DNA from: Octopus vulgaris
Lineage: Eukaryota
Length of the DNA: 64,000 nucleotides
Direction of reading: 5' to 3'
Assembly: GCA_951406725.2 (NCBI GenBank)
Contig: OX597818.1
Coordinates: 14,694,001-14,758,000, forward strand
Shown piece by piece: positions 50,757 through 64,000 of this stretch. A program made the position numbers and the translations under genes. The notes below the pieces were generated by a model. It made no database searches. It was not told the origin of the DNA and worked only from the letters and a program-made list of their open reading frames with translations. The first letter of the stretch is position 1. Every line of letters starts with the position of its first letter.

Positions 50757-51552
50757 GGTGAAATTCTCATTGCATCTAACAACATCAGAGACTTGGGAGT
50801 AACTGTGGACAACAGCATAGCTGGGCTACACATATAAGCAGCAAAGTTGACATGGCCCTCAGAATGTGTTCCTGGATTCTCAGAACCTTCCAGTCGAGAG
50901 ATTACCACACCATTACCCTTCTCTTCTCCACTTTTACCCAACCCCACCTTGAATACTGCTGTCCACTGTGGTCTCCCTACACGAAACAAAACATTATAAG
51001 AATTGAAGCCCCCTAAAGGTCAATCACGAAAAAGATAGATGGCATATCAGACCTCGACTACTGGGGTCGACTAGAAAAGCTGAAACTCTATTCACTCCAA
51101 CGGCGCCATGAACGCTACATTATTTGTATGATGTGGAAAATATTCCATCAGCACTGTCCAAATGATGTTGGCATCACCTTGAAACTACACCCAAGACTTG
51201 GACCCCGTGCCATCCGTTCACAACAAAAATCTAAATCGCATCTCATAACAACAATACGGCACAATTATTTCACCTCAATTAGCCCCGCTCTCTTCAACAT
51301 TACACCAGGACACGTCAAAACAGAAACTGACCACGCAAAATTCAAGAAGTCTTTGGACAAATTCCTCCAAGCAGTCCCGGACAAACCACCCACACCCGGA
51401 TATGTCTCCGCAAACAATAACTGTCTTCTCGAATGGGCCTTGGTGCTCAAATTCTGAAATGAAAGACTTCGCCAGGTGGTGCTATTAAGTTAGACATGGC
51501 CTGGGCCTATACTGGCTAAAACCTTTCTAAGTTATTCTAAGTTATAAGTTAT
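50757..51552 (+). mobile_element. 5'-truncated CR1-group LINE 3' end
   Basis: IRDLGVTVD, PHLEYCCPLWSPY, YWGRLEKLKLYSLQRRHERY, FKKSLDKFL; tail of tandem (ctaagttatt) units. Confidence 0.88.
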
Positions 51553-51771
51553 TTATATATACGTGTGTGTGTGTATGTATGTATGTATATATATGTATAT
51601 ATATATGTATGTATATGTATATATATATATGTATATATATGTATATATATCTGTGCCAAGTGACTTCACTCTGCGTGCTTTACCTTCGTTACTATGGCAA
51701 CAGTCCGGATACTTATTGCTCAAACAACGTATGTGTGTGTGTGTATGTATGTCTGTATGTATGTATGTATG

Positions 51772-51831
<60 letters not shown>

Positions 51832-51838
51832 CGGTCGA

Positions 51839-51869
<31 letters not shown>

Positions 51870-52052
51870 ATTAAATTAGAGATAAAACCACCATTAGGCA
51901 AATCAAACAGTCAAAAACATAAACCAAAACATAGAAAAATATTAAATAATATAATATACAAAATATATAAAAAATAAAATTCAAAATATAAATTATTTAA
52001 ATTTAAAGTTAAAATTTTAAAAATTATTTAAATTATTAATTTATACTTATAA

Positions 52053-52088
<36 letters not shown>

Positions 52089-52185
52089 TTTATTTTTAAT
52101 ATTATTATTATTTATTATTTATTTATTTTTTTAATAAATATAAATATAACTATCAAAAAGTATTAAAAAGTTTAATATAAGATAA

Positions 52186-52240
<55 letters not shown>

Positions 52241-52332
52241 TATCGACCGTAAACTTAAATCCGGAAAAAAAGAAGCACGCTCTAAGTTATTTATAGAGCA
52301 GTATATGTTAAAGTTAGATAAGGCCGGTTTAT

Positions 52333-52393
52333 GGGATCACCTTAGGTTTCACATCCATAAAGGGTTTAGCTTCATGACATATCATCAGATTCC
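52333..52393 (-). ncRNA. Hammerhead-like motif with non-canonical GUG triplet
   Basis: GGAAU-CUGAUGA-UAUGUCAUGAAG..CUUUAUGGAUGU-GAAA-CCUAAGG-UG-AUCCC. Confidence 0.5.
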
Positions 52394-52792
52394 AAAACCT
52401 TGTTTCTATGTGTCTTTGGTAATATGAAATACCAATAACACTTAACTGTAAAAAAATAAACAGTGAAAACACATTTCCGTTATAACACTCCTTATAGGGC
52501 ACGTAAGCGCATTTCTATATACTGCCCATATATAAACGTACACAAACTATCAGTAGAAACTTGCATGCACGTGTGTGTGTGTGTGTATGTGTGTATTATA
52601 TATGTACATACATTTATAAGCATATAAATGTATGTATACAACACATACACACACACATAAATAGATAGATTATATACACTTAGATACATATACATACGAC
52701 ATGTGTATTGATGCATATATATATACTACATATATGTATATGCATTATTACATATATATTATATATGTATGTGTGTGCATGTGTGTATCTAT

Positions 52793-52862
<70 letters not shown>

Positions 52863-53714
52863 TATATACATATATACACACACATATGCACATAAATATA
52901 TATATATACACACATATATAAATATGATCACATACATATATGTATATGCATCGGTGTATTAGTGTGTGTTTGTGTGTGTGTGTGTAATGTCATTTTATGT
53001 GCTATTTGTATACGCATATGAGTGTGCATGCATGTGTGTATGTGTGTGTGCGCGTGTGTGTGTGTGTGTGTGTGTGTGTTCGCATATACATTACACCTCC
53101 TAGTCTACGTGACACACGTACAAACAACTTTCTGTTAACATATGCTCTTCAAAAGGAATTAGATGACACACACTTGTTTGCTGTCAGTCTGGTCAAAAAG
53201 ACTTCATAAATTGATGAGAATCTCTTTGATATTATTACTAAAGAATGCCTTAGAACTCTTGAAGAACTACTTGGGTACAAAACGTCGAGTGTACATAGAC
53301 AGCTATAAATAAACATTGGACTGGGAAAACATTTAGGTAGCTAGTTGGCTATCAGTCACCTGTGACAGTGGGTTATATCAACATAGACAAGGTGAGATGA
53401 AGAATGTTTGAAAATTTTAGATGGTAGTGGTGGTGATGTTAGGTGTAGTTGTTATTTCTTTGTTTGGTTTTTGGGGTGTTTTTGCTTTGTCTTGTTTGAT
53501 TTTGTTTCTTTTTATATATGTATTTTACGGCACACATTTTAATCAGTCTTTGTTTTGGATTTTTGGTCTTTTTGTTTGTTTTTATTTTTATGTTATTTCC
53601 TGAGCATCCAGTCTTTATTGTGGAATATTTTGTGCTGGGGAAGACTGGATATTATTTTATCCGGTAGTAAGGCCCTAGTTCTAAGGCTTCTAGGGTTTTG
53701 AGAAGAGTGGAACA

Positions 53715-54200
53715 ATCTCGTAGCCAGGTCTATTCTGACCCGGTGTAGTTGTACCCGTTAGCGTCCTAGCTATGGGTTAAATACCAAGTCAGTTGAGTAG
53801 ATGGAGTTCGTCGGGTAACCCATCTAGGAACCTCGTCGGGTAACCCATCTAGGAGAAGGAAAATGCTGATTTCAAAAAAATGTTGCCTTGCGGGCATACC
53901 CAGCCATGGGATTGACTTTGGTAATAAACTCTGAACAAAAATCAGGAGCTGGAGCTCCTGATACAATTCTCCGTTGTCTACATCTTCTTTCTGGCTACTC
54001 GTTCGACGACGCTGGAGCCAAATCGTAATGGCTGTGCTGTTCTTTTGGATCCATTTGTGATGTGGCGAGTGGGGTCACGCTTCATGGGAAACAGCCTGTA
54101 CGCCACAACATACTGCCCAGGCTTGGATCCTATCGAACACCCCTATACTGAAGAGATAGAAATGAACAGCACACCGGACAAGACAGTCCATCCTCCCTAA
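53715..54200 (+). mobile_element. Probable 5' UTR of an RTE-clade LINE
   Basis: tctaggagaaggaaaatgctgatttcaaa and aaatcaggagctggagctcctga resemble RTE 5' UTRs as I recall them; internal ~25-bp duplication tcgtcgggtaacccatctagga. Confidence 0.5.
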
Positions 54201-54742
54201 GGTGTCGACACAGTGCGAGGAGCAATGGTCATTAGTTATAGTCAATCGCTACAATTCTAACAGCACTGGGACAGCCTGAAGTGTGACCTGTATGACAAAG
54301 ACTTCCTTTCGCGTATCAAATTATTCGACCACTAATCATTTGTTGAAATGGTTCGCAATGAGGATTCGGGAAATCTATTGTAGATCTCCTTCATCAAAAA
54401 ATATCCAATTGAATACATTCATTATGCTAGAAATCAAATAAAATCAAAGTTAAACAGTATGAGGAAAGGAAATGTTATCATTGTATTAATTAACCAATGC
54501 CTTGATATAAATTCTGCTAGGTTCGCTTCACCAATTGTAAAACAATAGGATAAATTATACTTCTGCCGAAGTAAACCAATGGAATATAAATTATACTAAA
54601 AGTGCACATAAAACTCGAGTTGTGAAGTAAAATATGTGGGAAAAAAAGAAAACTTATCATTGTTTCAACTGAACAATATTTTGTCTACAAAAATATAGTT
54701 GCAATATTGAGCAGGCCAAATAACTACACAGAAACTTTTACT

Positions 54743-55356
54743 GGTGCAGCTTTAACGTGCGGTCTACCCAGCCATTTACACATTACCATGCAGTCTAATG
54801 CCACCCCCAACACTAGCCCTAACTCTAAACCCTAAACCTTAACCCTAACCTTAAACCTAATCCCTAACCCTAATCTTAAGCCGGACAAAGTCATTTCACA
54901 GTGTAGACTACGGATACTGTAATAGACAGCATGCTAAAGTAGTACCCCTATTTCTTTATTGCCCACAAGGGGCTAAACGTAGAGGGGACAAACAAGGACA
55001 GACAAACGGATTAAGTCGACCCCAGTGCGTAACTGGTACTTAATTTATCGACCCCGAAAGGATGAAAGGCAAAGTCGACCTCAGCGGAATTTGAACTCCG
55101 AACGTAAAGGCAGACGAAATACCTATTTCTTTACTACCCACAAGTGGCTAAACACAGAGGGGACGAACAAGGACAGACAAACGGATTAAGTCGATTACAT
55201 CGACTCAGGTGCGTGAGTGGTACTTATTTAATCGACCCCGAAAGGATGAAAGGCGGAATTTGAACTCAGAACGTAGCGGCAAACGAAACACCGCTAAGCA
55301 TTTCGCCCGGCGTGCTAACGTTTCTGCCAGCTCGCCACCTTAGTAAAGTAGCACCC
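54743..55356. mobile_element. GG-terminated MITE with internal telomere-like repeats, right end interrupted by a dimeric SINE (54948-55340, minus)
   Basis: Imperfect TIRs ggtgcagctttaacgtgcggtcta / tagacagcatgctaaagtagtacc; degenerate (CCCTAA)n at 54817-54875; SINE TSD taaagtag(t/c)accc. Confidence 0.6.
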
Positions 55357-55821
55357 TTGTTACAGTTGTTATGGCGATTATTGTTCGTTTTAGCCGCATG
55401 TTAACCCTGACTGAGCAAACCTGTGATCAAAGACATTGGAGTGATGAGCATCACGTAATTTTCTAGGCAACCATGAAGTTGAGGCCATATTAAATAAACA
55501 GTGTATTCTTTTCAAGGACAGTGTAATATGAGGGAGGGTACCCTGCTATTTCTGACGGGTCGTGCGACAAAGTAGAAAGCTCCCGTGTTTGGCTTCTGAC
55601 AGTAATTATTATTATTATTAGTCCAGTTGGAGTAACATTAACCAGTTTGACAACATAGCAAACATTTGTTGGCACTAGACACTATGATAATATTAGCAAT
55701 TATCTACTATCTACTAACGCAGATAGTTATTATGAGATCTAACTGTAGCAATAAAAAGTTATTAAAAGTTATTGCAAATGAAAGACACACACACAAACAT
55801 ACATACATGCATACATACATC

Positions 55822-55852
<31 letters not shown>

Positions 55853-55875
55853 GTATATGTATGTATATTATTATT

Positions 55876-56085
55876 TAGCTCTTACTTGTTTCAGTCATTA
55901 GACTGCGGCCATGATTGAGCACAACTTTGAACAATTTTTAGTTGAATGAATCGACTCCATTGCTTTTTTGTAAAGCCTAGTACGTATTGTATCAGTCACT
56001 TTTGCCGAACTGCTAAGTTACGGGACGTGAGAACACTGACATCGGATGCCAGGAAGTGGTGGGAGTCAAAAACAGACAGAAACAC
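55876..56085 (-). mobile_element. 3' half of OR-type SINE
   Basis: tacttgtttcagtcattagactgcggccatg ... ttttgccgaactgctaagttacggg. Confidence 0.75.
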
Positions 56086-56120
56086 ACACACGCACACACA
56101 CACATACACACATACACAGC

Positions 56121-56208
<88 letters not shown>

Positions 56209-56497
56209 CAGCCAGATAAACACACTGACACACATCTCGTCAGGTTCGTGGATCGATTGCAGGAAGTGATGATGTTATGTATTTCAAAGAAATCCATTTA
56301 TATCTTTGAAATCAGTGAAGGATTTTATATACATTTCCTTTTTGTTAAATCTTTGAACCAAGAACAAAAGTAGGGCATGAGTAAGACCCCCTTCACAGAG
56401 CATCCAAGATCCATGGAAGTGGGGTATCTGGAAACCGGAAACCCGGCCGATATTCATACATACAATCACAGATATACATTCGCTCACACGCACACAC

Positions 56498-56530
<33 letters not shown>

Positions 56531-56735
56531 TGTATGTATGTATGTATGTATGTATGTATGTATGTATGTATATATATATGTGTGTGTGTATGTGTGTGTG
56601 TGTGTATATATACCCACACATATATAAAATGCATGAATACATACGTACGTATGTACATGCACAAATGCACGCATGCATATATACATGCATACATATACAA
56701 ATATACAGACACACATACATACATACATACATACA

Positions 56736-56769
<34 letters not shown>

Positions 56770-57006
56770 CATACATACATACTCCGGCATTAGAAGAAAG
56801 TAAAATGTTTTTCGGGAAATTCAATGAAAACCAACAGACATGAGAGAATAATTAATATATATATATATATATATAATTTAACAATTAAGGATAACTTCTT
56901 AATAAGGAATCTTAACAAGAAATTATCAGGTAGTTAGCGTGAAAAACCTCATAAGAGAAAAGAATTCGAAAATAATTATTTTCCTTTTGAACAAATTAAT
57001 TATATT

Positions 57007-57189
57007 TATATTGTATAGAGGGCATTATTACACATAAATGCCTCACACTAAGAGGGACAAAGTCATTACTACCAGAATTACACTAATCATACTTAATGCA
57101 GTTCTATGATTAGTGTAATTCTGGTAGTAATGACTTTGTCCCTCTTAGTGTGAGGCATTTATGTGTAATAATGCCCTCTATACAATATA
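57007..57189. repeat. Perfect 85-bp inverted repeat with 13-nt loop
   Basis: 57007-57091 is the reverse complement of 57105-57189; loop cttaatgcagttc. Confidence 0.92.
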
Positions 57190-57219
57190 TATATATACGT
57201 GTGTAAATGTATGTATCTG

Positions 57220-57293
<74 letters not shown>

Positions 57294-57479
57294 ACAGTGG
57301 CTTATTCCTCGAAAGATACAGAGTCTTTCTGAGAAATAATCTGGAGCAAGGGAAAGGAATTTAATCAGAATATTGTTTTAGGAAACGAAAAGCATATCGT
57401 GATACCCTTGAAACAAATCCAAAATATTCAGCAAAGGAAAAAGACCAAAAAGGAAGTTGGCTATATAATATTAGTACAA

Positions 57480-60060
57480 AAATTTTTATCAGTCGAATCT
57501 TATTAAACATAGCTCTCAGTGTTGATATAAATAATGTTGGTTAGCGCTGGCTAAAACAGAACTGATGCCCAAAAACAATACTACTCACCCGGCGAAAAAC
57601 TACCGTCCAAACTGCATTCCAGGATCTCATGAATAAAATGTAAACAGTCAGTCTAGACCAGTTCCTCCAAGATCACTATAATAGTTAAAATATCATCACA
57701 GCTGAATAAGTAGCTGAAAAGAAAGAGGTGTGATTGGGAGAGCCTGAACAACTTTTGATAATCAAAACTATGATGACAAGATGCGGCCATATGGAAAGAA
57801 CTTGAACACTATTTGACTAGATTACATGAAAGCTTTTGATTCTGTTCCCCACTCGTAGATTCTTGAGTCCCTTCGACTTGCTAAAAATTCTAATAGCAAT
57901 ATCAAGGGCGTAGACAATATCACTTCTTCCTTGGCCACCATTTTGAGGTTAAATATTAGAAGTAGTTATGTGCCACTGATAGGATACAATATCACAGAGT
58001 TTATTTCAAAGTGACTGTCTCTCTGTAATACTGTTTATACTTTCATTTAACCCACTGTCATTCTTGTTACGGAAATTTGAAGGACATGCGACTGACTCAA
58101 AGAAAGATAGAAACACCATCCTAATACATTTCATCTTTGTGAATGATCTGAAGACATGCATGAAGCCAAGAATATGAAGGAAAGCCTTGGCCTATAACGA
58201 CATTTTCTAAAGATATACAGATGGAGTTTGGCCAGGGTAAATGTTTTACATCGTTGTAAAACTAGAGAACTACGATCCCATTTAGTAACATAACTATCAA
58301 TGGCCTATCTTTCCGATATCGGATGAGGAATGCTACAAATAATTAGGAATAAGTGACAATCTATCACGGTGGGTGGATCCTCTAAATAGGAGTGTGTAAC
58401 AAGGAAATATTACACCAGAATAAAGAAAACGTGTAATAAATTTATAGCACACAATGAGTTTACAGTACCAGAGTTCATGCTAACATTTTAGCTACTTGAT
58501 TGAACGTTAGACAAGATTCTAGTTATTGATTTTAAAACCCGAAAATTGTTTACCATTGCTAGGAGTTTCCATATCAACAAGAATGCAAAAGACCTTAAAT
58601 TAAAACGAAAATAGAGCGGTAGAGGTTAAATATCGATCCAAACAGACTTTGAATGTCGCATCATATCTCTTCAACAACATCTGCTAACTACCAAACATTG
58701 ATGTCTTGCCATAGACCAAGTCTACATACGAAGGCCGATAAAATTATAAGAGTTGGAAAGGGGCTTCTCAAAAAGTATTCCCTGACTGGTAACATATGGT
58801 ATAAAGCCTGAGAAGTTACACAACTCTATTGCAACATATAATCAGAAACTAGGTTGCATAATCCCAGCAAAAGATCATGCGTAGCTATGCTCCCAAGGGC
58901 CTTCAAAGTGATAGCAACATTGACAACCAAAGTAGTCTTTCCTCGACCAACAACCATGATATTGACTCTAACTTTGAAGGATATGCTTTTGCAGGAAATA
59001 GCTACAAAATATCTGATATGCGAAAAGGATGGGAATGCAGATGAAGCACATAGACCCAACAACTGATGCAGGCTTTATGGAATTGACAGTAAGGATAGGA
59101 TATCACTCATATCATATGTAACTGCCTGAAAATGTCCTCACGGTATTAAAGCGACGAGCTGACCGAATTGTTATCATGCCGGGCGAAATGCTTAGTGAAA
59201 TTTTGTTCATCTTTACGTTCTGAGTTCAAATTTTACTGAGGTCAACTTTGCCTTTATTCATAAAATAAGTACAAATTGAGCACTGGGGTCGATGTTTTCG
59301 ACTAGCCTCTTCCTCGACCTTGCTGGCCTTGTGCCAAAATTTGAAACAATTATTACTTACCTATGAGACATGATAGGTATAATGAAACTTGTAGAAAAGA
59401 TATTCCAGAGGAAGCAAATATGAGAACCAATAATGATGTGATTAACATAATTTGAAAGAATATTGATGGAATGCCTCTATCAAGACTTCAAAAAAATGCA
59501 AGCACAACAGGCTAGACTTAGTGAACTGAGATTGGAAACTATGCACGGTAATTAAAATCAGATGATCAGCAGATGACAACATAGTGTTAAAGATTAGCGA
59601 AAAAGAGACCACCTGTGCCAAACTGATAAAATATCTGCAGGTTAAATTTCTACCAATAATTATTGAAGTCCTTCGCTTTGTGACTAATTCTTGCAATACG
59701 AAACTTAAGAAGCAGGGATTTACAAAAAAAGAACTCTCCTAATCAGAAGTATGTATGCATACTTGCATACATTTGTAGAAAGAACATAACTACGGACAAG
59801 AGCTCCCAGCTTCTATCCTCAGATTAGAAAGTTATACCAATAATAATTAGTGTACTTGAGCTTGTTAGTAAATTTAATGACAATCTGGAAAAGCTAGGGT
59901 TATCAGAAAGAGAAATCAACCAGTTAATACGCACATTACAAACGCAAACTCTAAGCGGAACAGTAAAAATGTGCAAGACTTTCCTCAAGTACACAATGTA
60001 ACATTGTTTAAGTTATCTACATCACAATAATGGAGCTTTGTACTTATGTTAGAAACCAGG
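57480..60060 (+). mobile_element. Highly degenerate R4/Dong-clade RLE LINE with a SINE insertion at 59147-59352
   Basis: KNYRP, LDYMKAFDSVPHS, FQSDCLSVILF, HFIFVNDLK, FSKDIQMEFG, KHNRLDLV, PIII..L, GTVKMCKTFLK. Confidence 0.8.
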
Positions 60061-60330
60061 ATGGTCTTTACAGAAATACTTCAATTAAAAAAAAGATAAG
60101 AACATATCTGCAAATATGCATACACACATACTCACGCACATCCATAGAGACATACATGCATGCATACATACATACATACACAAATACATACATACAAACG
60201 TGAAGGCGACAAGTTAGCAGAGTTTCTGTCTTGCGGTATTCGTACGGCTCTGTCTGCTCTGAGTTCCAATTGAGGAGGCCAGTGTCGATAAATAGGGTGC
60301 AGGTCAACTACTGGAGTTGATTATCATTAC

Positions 60331-60334
<4 letters not shown>

Positions 60335-60393
<59 letters not shown>

Positions 60394-60410
60394 CATCATC
60401 ATCATCATCA

Positions 60411-60487
<77 letters not shown>

Positions 60488-60675
60488 AAGAAGAAGAAGA
60501 AGAAGAAGAAGAAGAAGAAGAAGAAGAAGAAGAAGAAGAAGAAGAAGAATTGAAGTGCCGAATGTCACTGTACTGTCTTCCCTCCTTCTGTCTGTTTCTC
60601 TGTTAGTCTCTCTTCTCTTCCTCTCACTTCCTCTCTCACTTCCTCTCTCTCTTTCTCTCTCTCCTTCTCTCTCCT

Positions 60676-60731
<56 letters not shown>

Positions 60732-60742
60732 TCTCTCCTTCC
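60335..60742. repeat. (ATT)n(ATC)n(ATT)n(AAG)n and (CT)n microsatellites
   Basis: Direct inspection. Confidence 0.95.
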
Positions 60743-61577
60743 TTGATTAATATGCTCAAACTATTTTCGATATTCAAAACATAACTGCGCTTATTTTCTC
60801 TTATCTCTCTACATTGGCGTATCATTTTCTTTAATGTCACAAAGCATACACACATGCATTAATAATATGCATTTTCACATATACTTTCGTTCTTTGGTTA
60901 CAAGCTTTTGTTGTCCCTGTAATACAACATTCCAACAGATGACAGCACATCCGTCTGTTTTCGAATGTAAACAAATCGGGGTACATTCCTTTCTTTCAGC
61001 TGTTTAGTGTTAAGCTCACGTAAGCTTGCTTTTCTTCTACATGATAAATTTGTATTTCTTTAGTAATATATTTCTAAATACGTTGTAATGTTCGAATTTC
61101 TACTGCGGGACATGTGTACGAAATTTCATTTTTACCTGTATTAATTGTCAAAGCCCTCCAACATTGATAGTATTTATAACAATCTGCTTAAGGCATTTCA
61201 AAATAAGTCTATTTGAACATTCGCTTTAGAATTAGATTTTTACAGCTTCAAATTAACATCACCTCAAAACAACAATTTACAATTGCCTAGCGCTATAAAA
61301 TTACTACACATTCATTTCTGTCAAATTTTATTGAAAATTTGTTTATCATGTTCTTCGTATATTTTAGAACTCTTACCAACTAATTAAAAGCATATTCCCT
61401 GTTAACAAATACAATCATATTCACGAACAAATACACTTTGGGAACCGTTATAGATTTGAATGTTATTGTGTTAGAAGAAATAAGTTGTACTTCCTGAGAA
61501 TTACTGAAATCGTCTCTTGTTGTTGGATAGAGTTTAGTTACACGTATTACTTGGTTCTCGACCTGCGTGATACCAGA

Positions 61578-61611
<34 letters not shown>

Positions 61612-61634
61612 TAGATAGATAGATAGATAGATAT

Positions 61635-61687
<53 letters not shown>

Positions 61688-61877
61688 AAAAACTTACTTG
61701 GAAAAGGATGGGTGGCGTTTCCTGTACCCATATATTCATGTATATATACATATATATGTAGGTATGTACATATATGTATGTATATATGCATATATTTATA
61801 TATTATTTATATTATATATATATATATGTGTGTGTGTGCGTGTGTGTGTGTTTATATATATATATATATATATATAT

Positions 61878-62665
61878 CATCATCATCGTTGTCGTCGCGC
61901 CGGCGTCATTTAACGTTCATGTTCCATGCTGGCATGGGTCGGGCGGTTTGGCAAGAATTCAATGGGCCCAAAGACTTCATCATGTTCCATTGCTTGCTTT
62001 GGCATGATTTCTACAGCTGGAAACCTATCCTAATGCCAACCACTTTACACAGGAGTTTTTTGTGACACCGGCATTATTGAATTTGGCATTCAGCTAACAA
62101 GTCTACAAAACCCAGTGGACTGTGGGTGCATCCTTATGTTAAATAGGGGTTAGGGTATGAGAGAAAACGTTCGCGTAAAAAAAGATTCTTGCTGTAGAAA
62201 GTTGGGGAATGAATTGATGGCATATCCATGAAAGTAAAATAGTGATGAGGTGTTTGCCAACCTTCATCTGACTCCACTCAAGGTAATATTTTCTTTGACC
62301 AAACATGGAAGATTGAAAATGAACAACATCGCTTGTAGGACGGTGGCGCTCGTTTACAACCATTGTGTGATGTCATGACAACGAGACATACACACACACG
62401 CACACACATATTTATATATAGAGAGATGTTAGTCCGGACAGAGGCAATGTGGTTGATGCCAGTGTCCCATAACTGGCACCCGTGCCGGTGGCACATAAAA
62501 GCACCCGTTACACTCTTGGAGTGGTTGGCGTCAGGAAGGGCATCCAGCCATAGAAACTGTGCGGAATCAAGTGGAATTTGGTGCAGTTCCTCAGATTACT
62601 AGCCCTGGTCAAACCATCCAACCCATGTCAGCATGGACAACGGACGTTAACTGATGATGATGATA
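61878..62665. mobile_element. SINE tail fragments in opposite orientations
   Basis: ggttggcgtcaggaagggcatccagcc...ggacgttaactgatgatgat (plus, 62490-62665) and an inverted relative at 61878-62045. Confidence 0.65.
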
Positions 62666-63196
62666 CATTATACAAAGGGCTTCTTTCAGTTTCCACTTGT
62701 GTGTGTGTGCGCACGCACACTTTTGTTAAGTCTCATCTGAATCAAAAGTCCTTTTTCAATAATTTGGTCTCCTTGACCAAATTTTTAAAATCCTGTATAT
62801 CTAAAGATTGTTTTCTTGCTTGACCTCAAATCGGCTTTGATTCAGCAGACCTCTGATAGAGGTTTTCAAGTTACAACCAGTCACAATAATGTATCGAAGA
62901 TAAATATAGCTCTTTTTGTTTTGTTCTTTTAAGATGGTTGGGTGCTGTCTGAGAAAGATTTGGCTACTATTTCTAGCAGAATGTGTGATTGTATAGAGAG
63001 TCCCATTCTGACTCAGAGGAATTTAAGTAGGTGCACTAGGTGGGGATTGCACACAGGTTGCTAGTTCACAGAAACAAGAACCATTGTAGTGAATGACTGC
63101 AACATATTCGTAACTGAAAGTTTCATTTGTCTGGTTTTCTTATACATATGAACCAACAAAGTTAGTAGCAACGCTGACTACAAGAATATTGGTAAA

Positions 63197-63430
63197 AAGG
63201 CGGCGAGCTGGCAGAAACGTTAGCATGTCGGGCAAAATGCTTAGTGGTATTTCGTCTGCCGTTACGTTCTGGATTCAAATTCTGCCGAGGTCGACTTTGC
63301 CTTTCATTCTTTCGGGGTCAATAAATTAAGTACCAGTTACGCACTGGGTTTGATGTAATCGACTTAATCTGTTTGTCTGTCCTTGTTTGTCCCCTCTGTG
63401 TTAAGCCCCTTGTGGGTAGTAAAGAAATAT
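63197..63430 (+). mobile_element. tRNA-SINE with tail A
   Basis: Full head, core and tail; TSD aagaatattgg on both sides. Confidence 0.88.
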
Positions 63431-64000
63431 ATAAGAATATTGGCAAACAGTTTTTATGTTTTTTTTTCATTTCAAATGTGTTGCGAGGCTACCACCATCC
63501 AAGTACGGGTGTCAGTGTACATCAGCAAGGGAGTCAAAATATCAAAACATCCATCTACCTTCAGAATTCTACTGTCAAGAAAGTAATACAGCCAGTCACT
63601 TAAACTAACATACCAGAATGCTCTAAATGTTTCAAGCATATATGAAGATATGGAAGCCTCTATCTTCAGGTTTGTATATGTTAAAGAGACAATTTTATTA
63701 AACAATATTTTGTTTCAAATAGCGTTCAGACTGATAAATCAGTTTTGAAATAGGTAATTTTTGACTGTCCAGAAAATAAAAGCCAACAAATATTTTAGTT
63801 ATAAGATTTTAATTTATGAGACCTTTTTTAAAGAATATTTTAATGTGCATATTTATGTAAATATTTTGTAGTTAATTTTTGATATTTTACATAAATTCTG
63901 CGGTTATTTTTCATGTTTTTTGAATTTATAGAGAATGTTTTCAATAAATCATCTTAATTATATTTACTTCCTATATATATTTGCTTATGTCTAACAGCAT

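Noticed and set aside
54817-54875. Chromosome end or telomere fusion site
   Set aside because: Short, degenerate and enclosed by MITE-like TIRs.

Overview
AT-rich eukaryotic DNA saturated with microsatellites and transposon relics. The tRNA-derived SINE families resemble octopus SINEs, so a cephalopod origin is inferred but not proven. I cannot support any intact host gene, so the window is probably intronic or intergenic; most ORFs in the track are translated microsatellites or antisense/frameshifted pieces of transposons. Retroelements present: four R4/Dong-clade RLE non-LTR relics (two sitting in (TAA)n), CR1 and RTE fragments, Penelope-like relics and more than 25 SINE units. DNA elements present: a Buster-type hAT fused in frame to a mariner, a second mariner, Tc1/maT and pogo relics, a Merlin (IS1595-like) transposase relic with GG-terminated MITEs showing 8-bp target-site duplications (TSDs), and Helitron-like ends. 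The most notable signals are five: (1) minimal type I hammerhead-ribozyme motifs, one with a fully intact core at 29274-29365 (-); (2) SINE arrays that restart at fixed junctions inside the SINE head, suggesting self-targeted integration; (3) RFX X-box and/or CCAAT motifs at a similar distance (~160-210 bp) inside the Merlin-like elements; (4) the in-frame hAT-mariner chimera; (5) perfect and gapped fold-back hairpins inside (TA)n. Element boundaries are approximate unless a TSD or terminal inverted repeat (TIR) is quoted.
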